From Perna viridis (taxonomy: Eukaryota): a stretch of DNA of 64,000 nt. The notes beneath the pieces are model-generated. The model had not been told where the DNA came from. It did not search any database and worked only from the letters and a program-made list of their open reading frames with translations. Shown piece by piece: positions 24,025 through 35,700 of the stretch. The position numbers and the translations under genes are program-made. Location of the stretch: contig CM074520.1 in the NCBI GenBank assembly GCA_037379345.1, forward strand, positions 11,449,488 through 11,513,487, written 5' to 3'. Every line of letters begins with the position of its first letter. Within the stretch, counting starts at the first letter, position 1.

Positions 24025-26724
24025 CTGAGTATTTAAGGAACTGTTGGATTTGAATGTCACCAGGCCTGTACTGTTGGATACTGTTGAAGGGAATGTCATC
24101 GACAGGGTATTTTCTTGTTCTTCATCCATAGAGAAACTGACTTCCTTCTTAGGAACTTCATAACAATCCATGATGCGGTCCTGTGAACCTCTTGAAGAGG
24201 AGGATCTATTACTGCTTCCTCGCTTCAAGTCGACTATTCTCATATGTTCAGCAGATGTAGCACTGTAAACATGTTTTCGAGAGTCCATTTTACGAATAAC
24301 ACAAATTGTTATAATTATAAGAATCGAAAGAAGTGCAGTCACACAGCCAATAACTATAGCAATAATGATGTTCTGACCAGCCCCTACATCTTTGATACCA
24401 GCAACAGTTGTTACATTAATAAACTTGACGTTGATGATGAGGACTTCATGCATACTTTGTTGAGGACTGCCTTGGTCCTGTGCAGCAACAGTCAGTTCAT
24501 AGTTCCTTATTTCATAAATGTGTAGTTTACGCTTTAAAAATATTTCTCCTGATTTACTGTCTAAATAGAACAGTTCATCATCATTTCCATTTATAATAGA
24601 ATAACTTACTGAGCCATTATCACCCAAGTCAGGATCAATAGCAGATAAAGTTGTGACTAAGGTATCAGAATTGGCTAAGTACTCCAGAATAATGGAATTA
24701 TTTGTAGAATTAGGGAATTTAAAGGTAGGTGCATTGTCATTCAGGTCAAGAACTTTGACTGTAACTTTTGCTGAACTGGTCAGTTGGTTCATGCCAAGGT
24801 CAACTGCAAGAATATCAAAAGTATATAGATCCTTCATTTCTCTATCCAGCTCCTCTATTATTGTGATCATGCCATCAATTGACATTGAAAAAGGAAGGTA
24901 ATTTGCTTGGTTTTTCAGACGGAATGTGACAACACCATTATCAAGCCCATCAGGATCATCAGCAATCACTTGTCCAATCAAACCCTTCTGATTTTCTACA
25001 ACATCAAAACGATAATGATAATTTGAGAATTGTGGGGCATTGTCATTCTCATCTTCAATGTCAATCTCAACTGTGGCTGTAGAAGTAAAAATCTTGCTTC
25101 CTCCATTATCAGTTGCAAGTACAAAGAAAGAATAAAGTGTTCGATTCTCTCTGTCAAATGAAATTCTACTCTTGATGATGCCAGTATTAGGTTCAATAGA
25201 GAACTCATTAAGTACACTGTGACTGAGCTGGTACGTAACAACAGCATTAGATCCTTGATCAGCATCTGTAGCACTAACCTTTGTTATGTACGTATTTGGA
25301 AGTTTATTCTCAGTGACTTTGGCCTTGAAAAGTTGCCTTGTGAACTGAGGGGCATTGTCATTTACATCTTCCACCTGCACAATAAAACTTTTGGTATTAT
25401 TCCTTTTAGGTGTACCTCCATCAGAACATGTGACAGTAATCACATGTTCATCAATGACCTCTCTATTCAACATACCATGAACAACAATTTTAAATTCATT
25501 TTCTGCAAATTTTTCTAACCTGAAGTAATCATTGTTAACAGAGCATGAGGCAATTTTATTGACCCCTTGATCAGCATCATTGACATGAACAAACGCTATA
25601 ACAGTTCCATTGGATGTATTTTCTTTAACTAGTGCATAGTCACTACCTCTGACAAATGTTACTTCAATGATCGGATCATTGTTATTGACATCCAAAACAG
25701 TTATAGAGATCACAGCCTGGCTACTAAGTTGATTCTGTCCATGGTCTGTAGCTTCAATAATTACTTTATAGGGCTCAACTGGTATGACTGTTAATGGGCG
25801 TTTGACAAAAAGTTCACCAATATTTCCCACAGTTCCTGAAACTGTTCTGACCCCAAACAACTGTGAGACAGATGGATTTTGTTGTCGTGAACTTAACTCA
25901 TAATTCACCTTGCCATTGTCACCCTCATCCTCATCAGAAGCAGATAGAGTAAGAAAGACTTGATTAACGGTAATATTTTCGTTGATAATGACGTCATATT
26001 GTTCACCACTGAATGTTGGCTTATTATCATTAACATCAGTAACAGTAATATTGACCATAAGCATTCCAGTTTTTGGTGGGTTGCCCCCATCCTTAGCCAC
26101 TATAAATAGCTGATAATAGTCTTTCGTCTCAAAATCAAGAGGAGTCAGTATTCTCAAACTCAAATCTGATGATCCATCCAGTTTTGGATGAACGTCTAAG
26201 GCAAAAATATTTTTAAAATCAGGAACTATTTCATAAGTTTGAACAGAATTATTTGTACCCCTATCAGGGTCAACAGCTCCCTTCAGTGTTATCGTTGTAT
26301 TTGCAGGTAGATTTTCTCTAAGACTTAATGCTACTGAGGGTTTCTCAAATGATGGAGAGTTATCATTGACATCAATAATATTTACTGTAATATTTATACT
26401 ATAGGAGACTGATCCTGCAGCAGCTCCGACACGGAACCACTGTACACAGACAGTCTTAAAAGGGCACAGTGATTCTCTGTCTAGTTTACGTTTAGTACTT
26501 AACACACCAGACACTGATTCTAGTTCAAAGTTACCAACACTTCCGATAAAGACATATGTTATTCCTGTGGTCGATGAAAGATTTGAGTCTTGCCCTACAT
26601 TTCCAACGATGACACGAGGTTCCAATTCTTCTCGGATGGAGTAATGTAACTCAATACCAGCTTGACACACAATAAGTCCAAAATAAGACGAAATGATGAA
26701 GAAGAAAATTTTTAAGTTATCCAT
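24025..26724 (-). CDS. Protocadherin (delta-1-like, 7 EC repeats), large coding exon: signal peptide, EC1-7, TM and proximal tail. Spliced product about 1168 aa
   Basis: Six DxN(D/N)N linkers and seven repeats. EC1 has the protocadherin DRExLCx5C signature (DRESLCPFKTVC). TM is IIIAIVIGCVTALLSILIIITICVI. Donor CAG|GTAATA falls after codon 900. The exon begins at acceptor TTTTCAG|G 26770 with an in-frame stop before the ATG, so upstream exons are non-coding. Confidence 0.97.
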
Positions 26725-26734
26725 TTTTCTGTCT

Positions 26735-26746
26735 TTACTTTACCAT
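26735..26746 (-). promoter_or_regulatory. uORF (M-V-K-stop) in the protocadherin 5' UTR
   Basis: ATA-ATG-GTA-AAG-TAA ends 10 nt before the main ATG, with A at -3 and G at +4. Confidence 0.6.
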
Positions 26747-29700
26747 TATTTTAATAGCTCCTTGGTCCACCTGAAAATAAAGAAAATAAAAATTAAACTG
26801 ACAATATTCAAAATTCCATATATCAAAGAAATTTTCACTTCAGCTTTTGTGCAAAGTCCTAAATTCAAAATTAATTAAACATTTGAATTACGTTAAGAAA
26901 TGGCTGGATAGACTGACTTGTAAGACTTATACAGTATATGGCTTATACAGATACTAGCTTTTTTCTGTAAATTAAGAATGATAGAAATATGAAGTAAAGG
27001 TATTATTTTTATATACACAGTTTGACTTTTTATATACATCCTTAAAAAGACAAGTACATGGAACTTTCCAAGTATGATCCTGTTCTAAACATAAGACAAA
27101 CTCAGCATCTTATGATCTAGTAGTATTTCACATGAATCAATCATTATCTATATTTAGCTACTTAACATAAAAAACTCCATCCAACAAATCCAAATGATCT
27201 TTACCTTAATGTACAAAAAGTCAATTATAAAGCCTTCGTTTTGACCAGCACTAGTCCCAGTAGGCTTGTAAAAACAGAACATGTTAATTTTTCAACAACC
27301 CACACAAACTATAAACCCTGGGAGCCAACTTGTTAAAAAGATTTTATCTTCTAGATATAATAAAAAAAAATGGCAATTCATAAAAACTGAAATAAATGAC
27401 ATAATCTGAGTCAATGAAGTGTTTAAACATAATGCTCTTTACGGCTTATCATAAAGAATTGCAGGGATAAGCAGATAAGTCTCTACATATCAGTATATGG
27501 CCTGCCAATATATCACAGATTAACTTGCCATTTCAGTATTGATAAATTAATTTTTAACATAGTTTTCTAACTTATGTTACACAGGACAAGTTGACCAAAA
27601 AGGGTAGTGTCAATATGGTAAACTAATGACTTCCTTTTCTTGATAAATGCCTGTGCAACTTGTCATGTATTAATTCATTCAGTTGATACAGTACAGTTAT
27701 TTTTGAGAAAAATTAATTTCCTAATGTTTTATCATGTATAATGATTTGTCTATTATTATACACCCATTCTTTAAGAAAAACCGTGATCTATACCACTCTT
27801 TCTACTTCAAACTTATTGTTCAAAATCCGGTTGTACATCCTAAAATTGTTCCTGTTAAAATTGTGTAATTAAAAATAGTGATTAAATACTAAATAATGAT
27901 TACATGTAGTATCTATTTTTATCATCACTTACATGTATGATTTCCTTAGTCCCACTGAAGTAATCTTTCAAGTGTCATATGCTGGATTTAGCAGACACTT
28001 TTATGCACCAGTTCAGAAATTTCACAAGTTTAGTTGATCTACCAAGCTACAGACAAACAGTCCTCAAAATTTTTCATTAATTTTTCACAACAATGTTTAT
28101 AGCCACTTAGACTTTCATCACAAACCAGTACAAACAAACAAACAATACAATTACTATCAGGTTAAGGTGGACATTAAAGACTTCCCAGTGACATAAGGTC
28201 ATAGGTGGGCTAATTAATGTACATTTAATTAATTACTCTATTTAGGCATTAGGTGAATTTGGTGTCAGTGCCATGCTGGGTAAGATTTTATAAAGGGGGA
28301 CTGATTGTGTAATAATACCTTACTAATGAATTTATAATAGAAAATTATTTTAATAAATGATATACGTATATATGTCAGAATGGATTTTCTTGTAATTTAG
28401 TAACTTAAGTACAAAATTTCATGAAAGGTTAAAGAATTAATGCCAAAAGTTTTGGATTATCCATAAATGTTTAAAGTTTGAAAGTTTCAGCACAATTGTA
28501 CTATAATGTTAACATAATTATACCTTGTCAATATTTATTGAAATCAAAATAAATTTGTGTTTTTCAGAAAGCAAATATACAAATAAATTATAGAGATAAA
28601 CTTTAACTCCACCATCATACTGATTTGTTAGAAACAAATCCTAGGATTTAGATGGTTTTTTTTGTATTATACTGAACGACAAATCAACACGCTTTTCAAT
28701 TAGTCCAGTTGTAGACTCCACCTGAGTCCAATGCATTTTATCTCTTTCTTTTATCTTTGATCTTTACAAAAGTTGCTCTATAAAGAATTACATTGATTTC
28801 AGTTTTTGGAATTAATATTATGTGGGCTACTCTCTTTGCATCAATAAAACCCTGGTTCTTTGAAACAATATGAAGAAATTTGATATGGTAACAGAATTTC
28901 CCTTTACTTCCTGAAATCTTATCCCAATATTCTACAATGCATAACAAAGCAATACCATTAGAACGGCAGTGGTTTAGGACATAATGATTTTTCTACTGTT
29001 GTCTATTTATCAAAATAATCCTTAGAAATCAAACTCCTGCTGGTGTTTTTAATTAAAATGAATGTTCTTCTACAAAATTACTAAGAGATCCAAATAAGAA
29101 ATTGAGGCAATTTTTCAGTTGAAAATGAAAGCTAAGATGTTTCCTGTTATAATAAGGAAAACATTATTTTTATCATGAAATAAACTTTCATTGCAAGTCA
29201 TTAAAAAAGATGCCAACCTTGTCCTGAAGACTTAGTTTATATACAGGGTTGAATGTAGGTGTTATTATTCTGTTTGTTGACTGTAAGAGAAAACCTTTAG
29301 AACTTTACCAGTTTTTAACCTATTAGCAATTTAGCTTAACAAGGTGGATGAAATTTTTAAATTATACCTTGCCATAGAGGTGTAGGTACATGGGTCATAC
29401 ATACAATAGAAACATTGATCTATAAAACAGCCAGGTCTTTATGTTATGGTGAGGTGCAAAAACAAGTCATCAATCAACCAAAAAAATATCAAATTTTCCT
29501 ACTTTATAATTACCTATATAAATTCAATAATTATTATAATGGTAATATTATAATTATCCAAACTTTTATCAAATTTCTTTTTGACATGAAAACCTTGTTA
29601 ACTATACATTACACCTGCTAAAATCTTCATAAATGACAAATTTTAATATATATGTATCTATAAAACCAACATGAGGTGGTACAAATATTTGTTTTTTTCC

Positions 29701-32700
29701 CAGACTTTGGTACATTGTCATTCTTCCCAACTGTCTTATCGATTTTATAATGATCATTAAATTATAAAGAGGTGATCAGAAAGCAATCTTATTGATGGAT
29801 CATCCATGTCAATGTAATAAAACACATATCAATCTTCAAGGTCTATTACAATTGAAAACTAAAGTATTTCTTTCCCCAAGTAAGTTCAAACAACCTTATA
29901 AATGTTCCAATGTTCTGTACTTTTTTAATCCCAATAACTTGGATAATCTTATGCCTTCATAGAAATTTCCCCTACAGAAATAGCAATCTTGTTACGCACC
30001 AGTTAAATAATACTTACAAACATTGTCATGGATAAAATAAAACTTTTTTTGTATACTATTTCAACAGTGGAATAGGGCTACCAGTTAACAGTTAAATTGC
30101 AGAGCACCTGTCAAAAGGGGAGATAACTCAAGAAAACATATAGTTGTGAGTCACCAAATTTACACATCTTGATATTATATTTTATAGTTCCTCCTGAGCA
30201 GAGGATTACTACTACAAACTTGTCATTCAGTCATATCTGTTGTGGTAATGATTCCTTCTGAGAGAGGATTTCAAAACAAACTTGTCATTTAGAAACATCA
30301 ATAGCGATTACAACCAATCAGTGGGTCATCGATGTGACATTGGTGGCCAGCCATCATTTATTATAAAACAAAGATAAATTAATCTTCAATATCATATTTA
30401 GTACATAAAACAATATTTTGTTAGGCTTGAAACAGCCTAGGAAACATCATGCTTAAAACTACAGGTGTCATAATTATGTCAAATTCCGTCAATTTATTAA
30501 ATCAAAATTTTCTTTTGTTCCATGTTTGATATGTTGACAGTTTCTATTTAAAAATGTTCAGCCTTAATTGATAACTATGAAATATTCTTTGTTCAAAAGC
30601 AGAAACAGAAGTTGACCTTCCTTTATAGTAAATAGAAACCAGGTCTGATTAGCACTTGATAATATGCAAAAAAAAACTGTACCAAATTCTCTCTACCTTT
30701 CTTTAATCCAGAAGCTCATCAAATCAAACTTATATCCAGATACACTGAATTTATTTACCTAAATCATCATTGATCAGTTTTATCTGGTATCTGTGGTCAG
30801 TAAGATCTTCTAACCTGTATTGTAACACCTTGAATCCCCAGGTGTCAACTACTTTACCTTATCTACTATCCAATCAACCTAACTCTATTAATGTTATACT
30901 ATTGTCAATATTCCATAATGTTATGTCAAATACAATGAAACATCAAATGCAAAATCTACCAACAAAGTCTGAAAATCTGATAATTTAGAAAAATAATACA
31001 TGTCTTTTGTCTAAATCAAAGGAGTTTTACTCTTAACACAAAATTGTGAAAAGTTTGAATCAATAGGATATAAGTTAAGCAGACAGACCTTAGGGTTTTA
31101 TTACCTATAGTTTACATGTGCTAATAACAATCTGGAATTACCTACATTTTAATTCACTTAAACAACTTGGAATAGATTTTTATGACTTCTTCAACAGTGT
31201 TGGGCTTCCATGAAAATCAGATTCTTATAAAACTGTGATTTGCTAAATAGATCTACCCTAAAGACTATATTTTGAAGTACAGTGTGGTTGGTTATAAATT
31301 AAGCAAACTATTACTAGAAAATTTGAATCTGTAATGTGAGTCTCCATAACTTGACATAAATGGATCAAATTCATTGACACTTTATTGAAAACTTTTGGTT
31401 TACCTCAAGGGGACCATTGATTTCAACTTGGAAAAGTCCTGGACTTTTAAGTATGAATCCCTGCCACAGTTTTTACCAAAAACAATATAAAGCCATTCTG
31501 TATAATATGTCCTACCTGTTACTGCTGCTACCCTTATCTTAGAAATAACAGTACATTAACAAAGAAAGGGGTATAAATTAACCCTGTCCCAGAAACTGAC
31601 AGAAGGGGGAGGTGTAATGAAGTGAACACATTAGCCATGATAATGACTACAGCTGATAATTTGTCAATTAAATTCTAATTCATTACAAAATCTCTTTATC
31701 AACCACATAATTAAAATTTTGAATTTGTTAAAGATAGATAAATTGAAGAGAGGAAGTCTGCTGAGAAGGACAAAAGACAGAGTGACGGAAATGGCCAGAG
31801 GGGACAAGAAATGTATTGACAGGTAAATTGGACACTGACCAGACTGAAAGGGACATTTGTAAGAATCTCTGCTCCTTTCATGAAATTTGTGGAAATACCT
31901 GAAAGAGCGAAGCATCGGCCAAAATGATAATTCAGTCAGTCTTCACACTGTCAAAGTAAATAGGGATAATAGCAACAATGATTTGCCTAAGTTTCTGAAA
32001 ATATGCTCAAAACAGAAAACCAGGAAATAATTTGTTATCAATTAATTTCTGCCATTGAGAAAACTTGAAAATAAAATAAAGTCCACAAAAAAGTTTGAAT
32101 TTGTTTCTCATGAAATTCATACAAAAAAATTACAGCTAAGTTATCTGTGAATAGAATAGTTGTAAGCTATAACAGTGATCAAACCTGCATTCACACATTA
32201 CTCTCTGACACACACACAGTGGGAAAATTAATCCATAATACTTTCTTCCCATAATATTTTCCTAATTAGTAAAAATGAACTCCAGGAATGTCAGAAGTTT
32301 ATTTAAAATTAAAATTTAAATCTGGATAAGGCAATTTACAATAGTTAATCCTCTTTATAGCAAGGTACTTCACTGTTAGGATAAGTTATGTAATATGGGT
32401 TACAACAGACCTCTCCAGCACAGACTGGGACCAAACTTACCGTCATGTTTCAGTCTGTTTGGGACAAACATGATTAAAATATTTGGGCCTGAATACTTCA
32501 GGATTAGAAAGTGTGGAGTAGTTTACATGTTCAACTCATTCAAAATTAAATTTCAAACAAGAATTATATTTATAGCTGCAAAAAATAACTTCATTAAAGA
32601 AGAAAACATAAAAAAAGAGAAAAAAATGCTAACTTACTTCCAGAACAGTAGTTGAATTGAATGACTCGTATCATTATAAAATAAATCACAGAATTGAAAC

Positions 32701-35700
32701 TTCATTAGTTCAAATCCATTGATAGAAACTGAATCCAATTAAAATTGGAAACTGTCCATTCTCTGGTTATACTGTCATTGTCTACAGAGACTAATTCCAA
32801 ATTAGGATAAACTTTCATTCAAATATCAACAATTGTGAGTGTCCAGTGAATATAAACCTCCCAATCTATGTTGTGTTCACATGACAAAATTCAAATCCTA
32901 AGGACTAACTGTCTAAAACTGATAGTGTCCACTACTTAATTTAAATCGTAATTTAATGGATCAAGAACCTTAACGTCCACTGTCCAACATATGGGTTGAA
33001 GTAACTGATTTACAATTTTAGGTTAATAACCAGCGATGGATTTAAATGTGAAAATTCTAAAATGATTACAAATTTGATGGATCAATGTTTATTAACATAT
33101 AGAAGTTGAAAAAGACAGATTATATTTAATTTTCAGATTAGTTGATTGATTGGTTATTGACATTAACAAGGTAAATAAACGATACAGGTACAAAAAATCC
33201 AGGTAAATTAATTTTTTTATAATTTTAAATACATGTACAATAATTCAAAATTTATTTCCTGATCAGATTTTTATTCATATAATAAAACTTAAGTAGCATT
33301 TAAATCAATGTCCATTAGATTTATATTTTGTAGTAAAGTACAATATATTTGTTTCTAGGTAATTTCCCCATTATACATTCATGCTAGAAAACAAACTTAG
33401 CAGAAAGACTTTATAATGTACTAACTGTGTATTTCCTATACTGCTTACAATTTAGTATATTTGAACTGTGTAAATTAAAAAAAATAAAATCAGCACTCAC
33501 TTCGGCCAGATTTTTCAGTTCAATCAGTATAAAATCAAGGGAAGGCAACTAAAGAATGAGTTACATTCTAACAGCTCCAAAAAACTTTGCAGTATCTGAT
33601 TAAGACCAGAGAAAATTAATACCAGACAGAATTCGGGAAACTAAAAGTTAACTCAAAAGCATTTTGCTAAAGGTAATTTGATTTCATTAAAATTCCATCT
33701 AACAGTTAATTTAACATCATTACTGCATGTGCAGGTTTGTTATAAATCCACAGGACAGTGTCTTAACCTATAGAGATGACACATTTCTGATGGACACTAT
33801 GTTGACTTAGGCATGTTGGGCAAATGACGTGGGATAATGGATGGACATACAACGACTAAATATAACAATATTTTTACATTGATCACAACATCCCCTGGAC
33901 ATGATGTCAAGAGGAAATCTTGGACATTGGTCACAAGGCAAAAGCAGATTAAGCACAGAACAAATATTTAATAGCATGACTGGTGTAAAGGCTAATGCAT
34001 GAATGCTGTAGCAGAGATACGACAATGTATTAGACAGAGATTATACTACTAATTAGTCCACAGATAGCAGGTGCTCTGGATGTTCTTAGAATATCTCTTC
34101 ATTTAGGTCTCATGTTGAAATATAATGGACCTGCTGTTATAATGGGTTTTAGCTACATTTGATTTCAATAACACTTGTTCTTGGCAATGTTCATTCAGAA
34201 TTAGATTTTAACTTTAATATAACACAGTAATAATTTCCTTTGGCACAACAGGACATTTTCAAATATGAGCAAAAAGAAAAGTAGTCCATTCATTGTCAAA
34301 TTTCTACTTAAAATTACCAGTTACAGCCAAGTTTTCATCTTTTTTTAAATCAGTTTTTTTTTATTTTAGTTGTTGTATCATAGAGTTCCCAAATCTGAAT
34401 TTGATTTTTTTTCACGACATCAATAAAAAATCCATAAAAAGTTACATTTCATTAGCAAACAATGAGGTATCATAGCATTAAATATTGCCCTCCAAAAAAA
34501 TGGATAAAATAGATCACTTACAACTTGTTTAGCTTCAGAAATATGATACTACATGTATCAATGCTTTTCAATCAACATTTTTACCCCTGGATGATTTATA
34601 AGAGACAGCGATGCCAGGCCAGCATGATACTTCTACAACACCAATAACTATTTTCAGCATTTTCAATAATTGAAATACAAAACAGCTTTAGTGTCCAGAC
34701 AGTTGATTATATAATGCTTTTAAAACTATTGAAATTTTTGTTGCGTATAATTAGCATAAAGCTTTTATAAATGATTTCATCTCAAACAGTGAACAAAATT
34801 AACACAATGCCAATATTTTCACATTGCCTGACTGCACAACTGCACAAAATTTTAATTTCATGCTTTGAAAGCATGTATTTCGATATTTTGTAAAGTAGAG
34901 CTAACTGATTTCATTAATTCATTTTGTTTGTAAAACATTGCAAAAGAATCAATTGTATAAATACATATCATGTATCATCATCAAAATCAGAATAGAGTTT
35001 TAAAATAAGAACCAAATAACTTGTAATGGGCTGCCAGAGAGTGCCAAATTAAACCTTACTCAGTGAGGAAAGTACAAAAAAATCTAAAAATTATAAATAT
35101 ACCTTCCTATCCAATCTCAATAGAAGACAGTCAATTGATAACATGACCAACAATAAATTTTCCTGGGTAAAATGAATTTTCAATAAAATTATCCTTTCAT
35201 ATACGGAAAGAAGTTCCTTAGTGAATAATATGTTAAAGAGAATAAAAACAACAATAAAATGGAAAAAAAAAACAACTAAAATCCAAATGTATGAAAAAGC
35301 TAACATTAATACAACAAATCAGCTGTAAACAATCGAACAGGTAATCAATCAGCTATTCGTTACAGGTAAATAGGATTACAGGTGTTATTGCAGACCTAAT
35401 TACTTTGATCTGGTCAGTAAGATGTACAAATATTGACACTAAATCTACTCCAGTTGTAATATTATCCTATTATCTCCCTTTGATCTATCAGATTAGGTAG
35501 TTACTTCCCTTGATGGGTGTTAATTATTTACTTAAAGCTGTCAAAATCTGATAATGGGCGATATAATTGAATTTGACTCTTTTTCTTCCTAATACAGATG
35601 TTTTTAACTCATTACTAAATTTTTTTATAATGAAATTAAACCTAGATGTAATAAGTAATAATATTTATGTATGATCTGGCATAATCTGTGCAGACCAATT

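Noticed and set aside
24244-26090. ORFs overlapping the protocadherin (24244, 24653, 24996, 25219, 25905)
   Set aside because: Shadow frames of the cadherin exon with no independent motifs.
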